DNA of 64,000 nt from Myxococcota bacterium (GTDB lineage Bacteria > Myxococcota_A > UBA796 > CAJQPC01), in contig JAZAMN010000024.1 of NCBI GenBank assembly GCA_036229005.1, positions 192,001 through 256,000 on the forward strand. The letters are read 5' to 3'. The notes beneath the pieces are model-generated. The model did not search any database, was not told the DNA's origin, and saw only the letters and a list, made by a program, of their open reading frames with translations. Positions within the stretch are counted from its first letter, which is position 1. Every line of letters starts with the position of its first letter. Below, piece by piece: positions 26,205 through 35,167 of this stretch. The position numbers and the translations under genes were made by a program.

Positions 26205-27814
26205 CAGTAGCTCAGGAACTCGGGGTCACGGAGGAGGGCGGAGAGCGTGCCTTGCCAGGCGATCTGGGGGTCGCCGCTGATGTGCTCCAGGTCCAGCCAG
26301 AGCTGCCCGAGCTCGGCCACGTCCTGGTCGCTGGGGCGCACGGCCCGCGTCTGCCACATCAGGCGGGCCAGCGCGGCGTCGAAGCCAGCGTCTCCGGGGC
26401 GCTCGCTGAGCGTGGTCCCCTCCAGCAGGCCGCCCGCCTCGAAGGGGGTGCCGTGGAGCACCAGGTAGCCGGCGGCGCCCTCGGCCAGGCGCTGGGCGAC
26501 CAGGGTGGTGGTCATGCTGGGGGACTGGAGGGAGGTCGTCGTGAACTGCCCGTCGATGCCCCCAGCCAGGGTCCTGTAGCCCCAGGTGTCGTTGTCCATC
26601 TGGTTGAACCCGGTGTCTGTCCACAGGAAGCCGGTGAGCTCCGACACCGCGGTCTCGAGCTGCCCGGGGGAGAGCTGCCGCCGCACCGACTCGCGGCTGC
26701 GCATGTGTTCGGTGGCGGCCTCACCGAAGGCGCCCACCTGGTACTCGGGGGTCTCGGTGATGGCCGCGAGCACGGCCAGCATGTGCCCCTTCTCGTCGCG
26801 GTAGACCTGCTGGAGCTCCTCCAGGCGGGCGGCGTCCAGCTCGGGATCCACGCTGCGCCGCAGGGTCAGCTCGGTCATGGACTGCACCGCGCACTTGCCG
26901 AAGCGGGGGTCGGCCGCGATGGTATGGCCCAGCTCCTCCAGGCCGGAGACGGGCTGGCCGTACCAGGCGGGCTCGACCTCCAGGAAGCCGCGGCCCAGGA
27001 CCTCGCGCTCCGGGTGGTAGGTCCCCAGCTCAAAGGCGCTGTCCTGCACCGAGATCCAGAAGCCGAACAGGGTCGCCCCCAGCGGGTCCAGGGTCGCGTG
27101 GCAGGTGATGCAGGTGGGCACGGTCTTGACCGCCTGCTCCAGGGCCTCTTCGTCGCTGAGGGGGGGCAGGTTGTCGAAGTCCACGACCCGGGCGCTGTAG
27201 TCGTCGCAGACCAGCAGGCGGGTCAGCGCGTTGCTGCGCGTGCGCGAGTAGGAGTTCAGGGTGGTCTGGTAGCGCCACCACAGCCCGTTGCTGGAGAGCA
27301 CGCCCGCCATGGGCCGCTGGTCGGTGTAGGTGGTCTTCTGCCAGCCGGTCTGGCCCTCTTCCCAGGCCACCGGCCAGATCTCGGCCAGGGTCTCGTTGGC
27401 GAAGCTGTAGTCGGCCGTGACCACCTCGGACCAGGGGCGGTCCTGGGCGACCACGTGGGCCAGCAGGCGCATGGGCTCCTCACCCACGGAGGCCTCGAAG
27501 GGGTGCTCCTTGCTGGGGTCGTCCGCCCACTGCTCGAACTCCGTGTGGAAGATGTAGTAGCTCTCGATGCGCGTGTGCCACCGCTCGGTGAACAGGCGCA
27601 CCAGGCGCTCTTCGAGCAGGGGATCGTGCAGGTACTGGTCGCGCAGGACCAGGAGCTGCTCCGGGTCCTCTTCGACGGCGTCCAGCTCCTGGACCGAGGG
27701 CAGGGTGCCGCGCAGGTCCAGGGACATGCGCCGGAGCAGGCGGGGAGCATCCAAGGGGACGAGCGCAGGCTCCTCCGCGTGGTTGCAGGCGAGGGTCAGC
27801 CACAGGGCGATCAC
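26204..27814 (-). CDS. DUF1549/DUF1585/DUF1588-like lipoprotein with a CxxCH heme-binding motif
   Basis: MIALWLTLAC; RLLRRMSLDLRGTLPS, AGVLS, CITCHATLDPLG, L..PEF; GTGA overlap with the upstream gene. Confidence 0.75.
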   Translation of the reverse strand: MIALWLTLACNHAEEPALVPLDAPRLLRRMSLDLRGTLPSVQELDAVEEDPEQLLVLRDQYLHDPLLEERLVRLFTERWHTRIESYYIFHTEFEQWADDPSKEHPFEASVGEEPMRLLAHVVAQDRPWSEVVTADYSFANETLAEIWPVAWEEGQTGWQKTTYTDQRPMAGVLSSNGLWWRYQTTLNSYSRTRSNALTRLLVCDDYSARVVDFDNLPPLSDEEALEQAVKTVPTCITCHATLDPLGATLFGFWISVQDSAFELGTYHPEREVLGRGFLEVEPAWYGQPVSGLEELGHTIAADPRFGKCAVQSMTELTLRRSVDPELDAARLEELQQVYRDEKGHMLAVLAAITETPEYQVGAFGEAATEHMRSRESVRRQLSPGQLETAVSELTGFLWTDTGFNQMDNDTWGYRTLAGGIDGQFTTTSLQSPSMTTTLVAQRLAEGAAGYLVLHGTPFEAGGLLEGTTLSERPGDAGFDAALARLMWQTRAVRPSDQDVAELGQLWLDLEHISGDPQIAWQGTLSALLRDPEFLSY

Positions 27815-28596
27815 TGAAGGCTCCCTTGGATCCAGGCGTCGATGGGTGTGTCGAGGTCCACGCAGCCCTGCCCCACGGCGTTCCCGGCCTGGAAGACCCA
27901 CGCGGAGCAGCCGGCCGGTCCCAGGATGGCGCGGTACCAGCCGTGGTCGGAGCGCACGGCGACGCCCCCAGAGACGATCTTGCGCTCGTTGGTGGACCAG
28001 CCCAGGTTGTCAAAGGCCATGGAGCCCTCGGCGCTGGTGACGGAGCCGTTGAGGTAGAGCACGGGGCCGACCTCGGGGTCCTCGGTGAACCACTCCGCCC
28101 AAAGCGCCATGCTCTTGCGCCCCTCTTCCCAGGGGGGGACCCCCTCGTACCCGAAGGTGCCGAGCAGGTGCATGAAGACGAAGCCCTCCCCGCCGAGCAG
28201 GATGGACTCACCGCCACACCAGAAGGTGCGCCCGTCAGGGTCGATGACGTAGGCGTCGCAGAGGAACTCGAAGCCCCCGACCTCTTCGTCGAACTTGAGC
28301 GCGGTCATCCCGCTGAAGTAGTACCCGGTGTCCGCTTGGCAGCCGAAGGGCGCGTCCAGCATGGAGTAGTCCACGCGCTCGGGGCAGGCCTCGGTGCTCC
28401 CCAGGTCCACCAGCTCCACCCAGGTCTCCACGATGGGGAGGGCCATCGGGATGCCGCCGTCCAGGATGGCCTGGGTGTGGGCCGCGGCGGTCTCGCCGTC
28501 CCACTGGGATGGGGTCGCCTCGTAGGGCGGTGCGGTGTCCTGGATCGCCGTGGACGCAGGCTCGGAGCCGGTGCAGGCGAGGGTGAGCAGAAGCAT
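27811..28596 (-). CDS. Hypothetical Cys-containing lipoprotein
   Basis: MLLLTLAC N-terminus; first gene of a coupled operon. Confidence 0.7.
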   Translation of the reverse strand: MLLLTLACTGSEPASTAIQDTAPPYEATPSQWDGETAAAHTQAILDGGIPMALPIVETWVELVDLGSTEACPERVDYSMLDAPFGCQADTGYYFSGMTALKFDEEVGGFEFLCDAYVIDPDGRTFWCGGESILLGGEGFVFMHLLGTFGYEGVPPWEEGRKSMALWAEWFTEDPEVGPVLYLNGSVTSAEGSMAFDNLGWSTNERKIVSGGVAVRSDHGWYRAILGPAGCSAWVFQAGNAVGQGCVDLDTPIDAWIQGSLQ

Positions 28597-28636
28597 GGGC
28601 GCAAGCGTAGCGCGCCTCCGAGCCCGAACTCCAGGG

Positions 28637-29548
28637 CTATTCGCCCGCCAGCCAGCGTCGCGCGCCGAAGCGCGGGCGGATCTCCCCCGAAGCGTCCAGC
28701 CAGCGGGCCCGGTTCGCAGCGACCACGCGGAAGCGCCGCCGCCAGGTCAGCGCAGGCCCGTCCCTGAACTCAAGCTGCAGCAGGAGCTGCTCTGCGGGGG
28801 GCTGGACGGATGGATCCCGGCCCCGGGTGAACACGCCCACGGCCAGGGTTCCGGGGTCCTGGGCCAGGCGCAGGGCCAGGTCGGTGGCCTCGGTCTCCGC
28901 GGCGCGTTCAGGCATGAGCCGGGCCTCGATCACGCCGTCGCCGTAGCGCAGCACGGCGCGGGGGAGCCGCCCCTTGGAGACGAACCAGCTCTCCATCAGG
29001 TGTCCGGCCATCTGCGCGATGTCTTCGGCGGTCGCGCCCTCGGGCACAGGGATCACCGCCTCGGGCGCCAGGGTCTCCTCGTCTGCGACCAGGCGCACCG
29101 AGGTGTCCAGCGGCTCCACAAACAGCGAGGCGTAGCGGCCACCTTCGGGGCCCTGCCCGTCGCTGCGGCTCCACTCTCCCAGGTACTCCAGGCCGGTGGG
29201 CAGCGTCATGAAGGGCCGGACGTGCAGCTCCCACCTCTCCCCAGGGAAGCTGCGGCGCACAAAGAGGTGACGCAGCACCCCCGCGCCCGAGAGCAAGGGG
29301 GCCTCCCCAGCGGTCACCACCCACTGCACCTCCTCTTCGGAGAGCAGCGCGCGCTCGGCGGCCGCACACTCAGCGGGCGACAGGTCCACGCGCAGCACCG
29401 CGAGGCGCTCGCTGCGAGAGCCTCCCACCACCATCCAGGGCAGTCCCCGGTGCTTCTCGGCGTTGCGCTCCGCCTCCTCCAGCAGCTCCATCATGGGATC
29501 GCCAGGGGGGAGGGGCAGTCGGGCCAGGGGCAGGACGAGCTCAGTCAC
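28637..29548 (-). CDS. Hypothetical protein
   Basis: Protein-like composition; TACCGT 6 nt before GTG. Confidence 0.6.
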   Translation of the reverse strand: MTELVLPLARLPLPPGDPMMELLEEAERNAEKHRGLPWMVVGGSRSERLAVLRVDLSPAECAAAERALLSEEEVQWVVTAGEAPLLSGAGVLRHLFVRRSFPGERWELHVRPFMTLPTGLEYLGEWSRSDGQGPEGGRYASLFVEPLDTSVRLVADEETLAPEAVIPVPEGATAEDIAQMAGHLMESWFVSKGRLPRAVLRYGDGVIEARLMPERAAETEATDLALRLAQDPGTLAVGVFTRGRDPSVQPPAEQLLLQLEFRDGPALTWRRRFRVVAANRARWLDASGEIRPRFGARRWLAGE

Positions 29549-29615
29549 CCCCAGACGGTAGCAGAATCCTGGCCCGCCGGTCGGAGCCCAGGGGCCTCTG
29601 CGTTAGTCGGGGCCC

Positions 29616-31682
29616 ATGCGGCTCCTGCTCGTCCAGCCTCCTCTGACCCAGCTCAACACGCCCTACCCGGGGACCGCCTACCTGGCGCGCGCCCTGCGGG
29701 AGCGGGGCATCCCGGCCTCCCAGCGTGACCTGGGCATCGAGCTGGCCCTCTCCCTCTTCTCCCGCGAGGGCCTGGAGGAGGTGTTCGCCGAGCTGGAGGA
29801 GCAGGACGCGCTGCCCGACCCGGCCTGGAGGGCCCTGGCCCTGGCCCCGGCGCACCTGGCGGCCATCGATCCCGTGATCGCCTTCCTGCAGGGGCGGGAC
29901 CAGTCGCTGGCGCACCGCATCCTGCACAGTCCGCTGCTGCCCACGGGCCCCCGCCTGGAGCGCGCCGATCTGGAGGGCTTTGGCCCCCTGGGTGCCACGG
30001 ACGCCGCCCGGCACCTGGCGACTCTGTATCTGGCGGATCTGGCGGATCTGATCACCTCCTGCGTGGATCCGGGCTTTGGGCTGGCCCGCTACCAGCACCA
30101 CCTGGCGCTCTCCCCCGCGCCCTTCGACCCTCTGTGGGAGAGGCTGCAGGAGCAGAGCCTGGTGGACCGCCACCTGGACGATCTGATCGACACCCTGGAC
30201 GCCGACGTGGTCGGCCTCTCCGTGCCCTTTCCGGGGAATCTGTATGGGGCCCTGCGCATCGGCCGCGCCCTCAAGCAGCGGGGTGTCACGGTCTGGATGG
30301 GGGGCGGCTACGTCAACACAGAGCTGCGGGAGGTCAACGAGCCCAGACTGTGGGAGTGCGTGGACGCGCTCACCTATGACGACGGAGAAGGACCGCTGCT
30401 CGCCCTCATCGAGCACCACCAAGGGGGACCCGACCGTCGACACAGAACACGGACCGCCCTGGGCATGCACGAGGCCACCGTCAGCGCGCTCCCGATGACC
30501 AGCGCTGCCTGGTATGGGGACCTGGATCGCAGTCTGTATCTCGACCTGCTGGACACCCTGAACCCCGCGCACAGACTCTGGTCCGAGGGCCGGTGGAACA
30601 AGCTCACCCTGGCCCACGGCTGCTACTGGAAGCGCTGCGCGTTCTGTGATGTGTCACTGGACTACATCAGCCGCTACGAACCGGCGCGCATCGAGACCCT
30701 GCTGGACCAGATCGAAGAGCTCGTACAGACCACCGGCGTGCGCGGCTTCCACCTGGTGGACGAGGCCGCTCCGCCCCGGGGGCTGCGGGACCTGGCCTTG
30801 GGCCTGCTGGAGCGGGACCTGCGCATCACGTTCTGGGGCAACATCCGCTTTGAGGAGGCCTTCACCCCCGATCTGTGTCGCCTCCTCTCCGCCGCCGGGA
30901 TGGTGGCTGTCACCGGCGGCCTGGAGGTCGCCTCCGACAGACTCCTGGAGCGCATGGCCAAGGGTGTCACAGTCGAGCAGGTCGCCCGCGCCGCGCAGGC
31001 CTTCCAGGAGGCGGGCATCCTGGTCCACGCCTACCTGATGTACGGCTTCCCCACACAGAGCGTCCAGGAGACCGTGGACTCCATGGAGCTGGTCCGCCAG
31101 CTCTTTGAGCAGGGATTGTTGGACTCCGCGTTCTGGCACCGCTTCGCGCTCACCCGACACAGTCCCGTGTACGCGGATCCCGCAGCCTACGGCGTGGTGG
31201 TCCCCGAGTACCGGCCGGGCTTCGGCGCCGGCGATGTGCCCCACACAGATCCCCAGGGCGCGGACCACGACCAGTTCGACGCGGTGCTCCCGGTGGCCTT
31301 GGAGGCCTGGATGCGCGGGCGCGAGCTGAGCCGCCCTGTGCAGCAGTGGTTCCCGACTCGGATGCCACCTGCCACAGAGTCCCCGACACGGATCGCGGAG
31401 GCCTTGCGCCAAGCCGCACCTCGCGGGCGCCGACTTGTGTGGCTTGGGGGTGGTGTGTGGGAAGAAGGCGAGGCGGTGATCGTCCACAGCAACCAGGGGA
31501 CCCAGAGCCTCTTCCTCCCGGAGCCGGATCAGAGGGAGTGGTTGCTGGATGTGTTGGAGGCTGCGACCCCCACCGTCGGGCAGCTCACGGTGAAGCAGGC
31601 CCTCTCTGGACTGGATGCCGCCGACGAGGTCGGGCTGGGCTTGCTGGAGAGTCTGTGTGAGATGGGGCTGGTCCGCGTCTGA
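29616..31682 (+). CDS. B12-binding radical SAM protein
   Basis: PPLTQLNTPYPGTAYL, VGLSVPFPGN, GGGYVNT, AHGCYWKRCAFCD (CxxxCxxC), VDEA, GGLEVAS, YLMYGFP. Confidence 0.9.
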   Translation: MRLLLVQPPLTQLNTPYPGTAYLARALRERGIPASQRDLGIELALSLFSREGLEEVFAELEEQDALPDPAWRALALAPAHLAAIDPVIAFLQGRDQSLAHRILHSPLLPTGPRLERADLEGFGPLGATDAARHLATLYLADLADLITSCVDPGFGLARYQHHLALSPAPFDPLWERLQEQSLVDRHLDDLIDTLDADVVGLSVPFPGNLYGALRIGRALKQRGVTVWMGGGYVNTELREVNEPRLWECVDALTYDDGEGPLLALIEHHQGGPDRRHRTRTALGMHEATVSALPMTSAAWYGDLDRSLYLDLLDTLNPAHRLWSEGRWNKLTLAHGCYWKRCAFCDVSLDYISRYEPARIETLLDQIEELVQTTGVRGFHLVDEAAPPRGLRDLALGLLERDLRITFWGNIRFEEAFTPDLCRLLSAAGMVAVTGGLEVASDRLLERMAKGVTVEQVARAAQAFQEAGILVHAYLMYGFPTQSVQETVDSMELVRQLFEQGLLDSAFWHRFALTRHSPVYADPAAYGVVVPEYRPGFGAGDVPHTDPQGADHDQFDAVLPVALEAWMRGRELSRPVQQWFPTRMPPATESPTRIAEALRQAAPRGRRLVWLGGGVWEEGEAVIVHSNQGTQSLFLPEPDQREWLLDVLEAATPTVGQLTVKQALSGLDAADEVGLGLLESLCEMGLVRV

Positions 31683-31724
31683 ATCAGGGAGGGCGCCGCC
31701 GCACCCGGGGGTTAGGATGGGAAG

Positions 31725-32999
31725 ATGCTGCTTCTCCTTCTGTCCTGTGTCCCCAAGAACCCGTCGCCGCCCTCCGTTCAGGTCGAGACCTTCGAGTACG
31801 TCTGGAAGCTGGTCGGGCAGGTCTACCCCGACCCCGACATGGGGGGCGTCGACTGGCGCGCGGTGCACGACGAGCTGCTGCCCAAGGCGCAGGAGGCCGA
31901 GACCGCGGATCAGCTCCGGCCCACTCTGGGTGACATGATCGGGCGGCTGGAGGTCAGTCACTTTGCGGTGTACCCGGGGACCAAGCACGAGCCGGAGTTC
32001 TCGTCCGTGAGCAGCGGGGACCCCCGGCACTGGGTGGCCCAGGACAACAGCGCGGACGTGGGCATCGAGGTGCGCTTTGTGGACGGCGCGCTGCTGGTCA
32101 CGCGGGTGCGCTCGGGGTCGGCGGCGGCGGAGGCCGGCGTGCAGGCGGGCTGGACGATCCACAGCATCGACGGGACCCAGGTCAGCGTGCAGCTCGGCGA
32201 GCAGGACCCCGAAGATCCCGAGGTCCAGGGCACCATGGCCCGCGCCGCCAGCAAGGCCTTCCGAGGCGCGGCTGGGGAGTCTCTGAGCCTGGTCGCCCTC
32301 ACCCCAGAAGGCGAGCAGCGGCCCCTGGAGCTGGAGCGACGAGCCACCCCCGGCGAGGTCGTGCAGGTGGGCTTCATGCCCCCGATGACCACCGAATTCG
32401 AGGCCTGGCGGGCCCGGGGCGATGTGGGCGTGCTGCGCTTCAACGTGTTCATGCCGCCGGTCGCGCCCCAGGCCGAAGCGGCGCTCTCCGAGCTGGCCGC
32501 CACCGAGGCCCCCGGGGTGGTGTTCGACCTGCGCGGGAACCCCGGCGGCGTGCTGGCCATCGGCGCGGGGCTCGCCGGCTACCTGGTGGATGAGCGCAGC
32601 TCGCTCGGGACCATGATCTCCCGGGACGGCGACCTGAACCTGGTGGTGTTCCCGCGGCCCCCGGCCCAGCGCATCGACGGGCCCGTGGCCATCCTGGTGG
32701 ACGAGCTGAGCTTCTCGACCTCGGAGGTCCTCGCGCATGGGCTGCAGGCCACCGGGCGGGCGCGGGTGTTCGGGACCCCGACGGTGGGGGCGTGTCTCCC
32801 GAGCACCGTGGACATCCTCCCCAACGGAGACCGGCTGCAGTACGTGCTGGCCGATCTGGTGGGCCCCACCGGGGTGCGCATCGAGGGGGTGGGGGTGACC
32901 CCGGATGAGATCATCCCCGTGGACATCGACGCCCTCAAGGCCGGCCAAGACCCGGTGTTGGAGGCCGCACTTTGCTGGATCCTGGAGGACTGCGAGTGA
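31725..32999 (+). CDS. S41-family peptidase with PDZ domain, lipoprotein
   Basis: MLLLLLSC; GVDW..V, SH, PDZ-like segment, DLRGNPGG, SFSTSE, IEGVGVTPD, DPVLEAA. Confidence 0.88.
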   Translation: MLLLLLSCVPKNPSPPSVQVETFEYVWKLVGQVYPDPDMGGVDWRAVHDELLPKAQEAETADQLRPTLGDMIGRLEVSHFAVYPGTKHEPEFSSVSSGDPRHWVAQDNSADVGIEVRFVDGALLVTRVRSGSAAAEAGVQAGWTIHSIDGTQVSVQLGEQDPEDPEVQGTMARAASKAFRGAAGESLSLVALTPEGEQRPLELERRATPGEVVQVGFMPPMTTEFEAWRARGDVGVLRFNVFMPPVAPQAEAALSELAATEAPGVVFDLRGNPGGVLAIGAGLAGYLVDERSSLGTMISRDGDLNLVVFPRPPAQRIDGPVAILVDELSFSTSEVLAHGLQATGRARVFGTPTVGACLPSTVDILPNGDRLQYVLADLVGPTGVRIEGVGVTPDEIIPVDIDALKAGQDPVLEAALCWILEDCE

Positions 33000-33766
33000 C
33001 CGCTCTGCTTCTGACTTTGGTGGCCTGCGGGCCCAAGAACGGACCCAACGCCGCGGGGCAGACCCTGCCCGAGGTGGCCCCCGAGGACTACCCCAGCTTC
33101 GAGCAGCTCATGGCGGCCCACGAGGCGGCCGTGGGTGACGGCGCCATGGGCGGGACCTGGTACATGAAGCAGAGCATCCTGGCGCCCAAGCAGGGCCTGG
33201 GCGGTCAGGTCGAGCTGTGGGTGGACGGCGAGCAGGTCTACACCCGCGCGGTGATCGACGGCATGGGCGAGACCCTGCAGGGCTACGACGGCGAGATCGC
33301 GTGGGAGATCGATCCCAACCAGGGTCCCAAGATCCTGGAGGGGGAGGAGGCCGGCCCGCTGCGCTTCCTGGCCTACAGCACGGCGCCCCTTGGCGAGCAG
33401 TACCCCCAGGCTCAGGTGGTGGGGGTGCGGTGGTTCCCCGACGCGGACAGCGGGGAGGCGGCCTGGGCGGTGGAGGCCGTGCCGGCGACCTATTCGGAGC
33501 CCACGACGCTCTACTTCGCGGTCGATGACGGCGTGATGCTGGGCAGCCGCGGCAAGGTCCCCACCACCATGGGCAAGCTGCGACAGACCAGCGTGCTCTC
33601 CGACTGGGAGGAGATCGGGGGCGTCAGCATGCCCCGCGTCATGGAGACCACGATGTTGTCGCTGACGATGGTGGCGACCACCCTGGAGTTCCAGCCCGAC
33701 CCCCAGGACATGCCCGACTTCGCCCCTCCGGCGTCGGTGCAGGCCCTGTTGGAGCCTGCGGAGTGA
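32996..33766 (+). CDS. Hypothetical lipoprotein (possible LolA-like / DUF620-like fold)
   Basis: MTALLLTLVAC; H.AAVG, QGYDGEIAWEIDP, SDW..IGGV.MP; GTGA overlap with the S41 gene. Confidence 0.65.
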   Translation: MTALLLTLVACGPKNGPNAAGQTLPEVAPEDYPSFEQLMAAHEAAVGDGAMGGTWYMKQSILAPKQGLGGQVELWVDGEQVYTRAVIDGMGETLQGYDGEIAWEIDPNQGPKILEGEEAGPLRFLAYSTAPLGEQYPQAQVVGVRWFPDADSGEAAWAVEAVPATYSEPTTLYFAVDDGVMLGSRGKVPTTMGKLRQTSVLSDWEEIGGVSMPRVMETTMLSLTMVATTLEFQPDPQDMPDFAPPASVQALLEPAE

Positions 33767-33804
33767 GGGGGCTATAGGGCCTTCCCTCAAACCTGGAAGG
33801 CAGC

Positions 33805-34953
33805 ATGAAGAAGCGGGTGTTTATTGCAGGCAGCGGTGGCATTGGGCGCGCTGTGGGGCTCCTCTTGCGGGAGCTCGGCGAGCTCGAGGTCGACCTGATC
33901 CTGGGGGACGCCTACCCCGCGGTCGCGGAAGACGCCGTGGCCTTCATCCTCGCGGACTCCTCCACCGAGGGCAGCGTGGAGAGCATCGAGATCCCCTTCG
34001 AGGGCATGACCGATGCTCTGGCGCAGGCTCTGGGCGGCTGTGACCTGATCCTGGACTGCCTCCCCGGTGGCCAGGCCCCGCGGGTGGCCGGCTGGGCCCT
34101 GGAGCACGGCCTGCACTACGCCAACCTGACCGAGTACGTGGCCGAGACCCAGCAGATCATGGAGATGGCCAAGGACGCGCAGACCGGCTTCGCGCTGCAG
34201 TGCGGCCTGGCCCCGGGCATGGTCAACGTGCTGGGCCACAAGCTCTTCCTGGACTTCTGCAGCCAGTTCGGCGTGGACTCCGCGGACCGCCTCAAGATGC
34301 GCGTGGGCGCCCTGACCCAGAACGCCGAGGCCCCCCACTTCTACGGCTTCACCTGGAGCCCCATCGGCGTGGCCACCGAGTACGTCAAGAAGGCCGAGGT
34401 CGTGCGCGACTTCGACAAGGTGCTCGTGGACTCCCTGGAGGAGGTCGAGACCCTGCTGGTGGACGGCATCGCCTACGAGGAGGCCACCACCTCGGGCGGC
34501 GCGGCCGACATCCCCGAGGCCCTGGCCGGCAAGGTCCGGGACCTGGACTACAAGACCCTGCGCTTCCCCGGTCACTGGGCCTGGGTCCGTGAGCAGCTCG
34601 CGGAGATCGGCGATGTGCCCGACCGCATCGCCCAGCTCCAGGACCGCATGCAGTCCACCATCCCCGAGATGACCGACGACATCGTTGTGGTCTACGCCGC
34701 GGTCGAGGGCACCTGCGCCCAGGGCCGTCGTCGTCGCCTGGACGCCGCCTACACCGTGCGCCCCGAGGTCTTTGGCGGGCAGATGCTCCGCGCGATTCAG
34801 TCCACCACCGCGGCGGGCCTGGCCGAGTGCGCGTACCAGCTCCTCACCCAGAACCCCAAGGGACCTCTGCTGCAGAGCCAGCTTGACTGTGAGGCCTACC
34901 TCAACGGCCCCTACGTGGGCCGGGTCTACGGCAAGCCCAACGCCCAACGCTAG
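33805..34953 (+). CDS. Saccharopine dehydrogenase / lysine 6-dehydrogenase family protein
   Basis: GSGGIG Rossmann motif, CGLAPG, RVGAL, TWSPIG..TEY, TSGG, DYKTLRFPGH. Confidence 0.85.
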   Translation: MKKRVFIAGSGGIGRAVGLLLRELGELEVDLILGDAYPAVAEDAVAFILADSSTEGSVESIEIPFEGMTDALAQALGGCDLILDCLPGGQAPRVAGWALEHGLHYANLTEYVAETQQIMEMAKDAQTGFALQCGLAPGMVNVLGHKLFLDFCSQFGVDSADRLKMRVGALTQNAEAPHFYGFTWSPIGVATEYVKKAEVVRDFDKVLVDSLEEVETLLVDGIAYEEATTSGGAADIPEALAGKVRDLDYKTLRFPGHWAWVREQLAEIGDVPDRIAQLQDRMQSTIPEMTDDIVVVYAAVEGTCAQGRRRRLDAAYTVRPEVFGGQMLRAIQSTTAAGLAECAYQLLTQNPKGPLLQSQLDCEAYLNGPYVGRVYGKPNAQR

Positions 34954-34990
34954 GGCCTCCATCAGTGAGGAGCGGCTGGTGAGTCGAGCG

Positions 34991-35167
34991 GTTCTGCCGG
35001 GCAAGAGTTCCAAACAGGCCCGTCCGGCAGAACACGGGCCCGAGTGGGCCCGCGGGGGCTGCGCCGCAAGGCGCATTTCCGGGGGTGCCCCCCGGAGAAG
35101 ACAATAGTTCTCTGGAGCATGAGTTCCGGCACGCGAAGAGTGTCGGAACTCAAGCTTCGGAGAACTA
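34991..35167 (+). ncRNA. Candidate structured non-coding RNA or structured repeat element (unclassified)
   Basis: Five consecutive hairpins including a GCAA tetraloop and a 63-nt rod whose G-U pairs work only on the plus strand. Confidence 0.4.

Noticed and set aside
35105..35167. Retron msd or IS200/IS605 end
   Set aside because: There is no reverse transcriptase, TnpA or TnpB in the window; kept only as an unclassified structured element.
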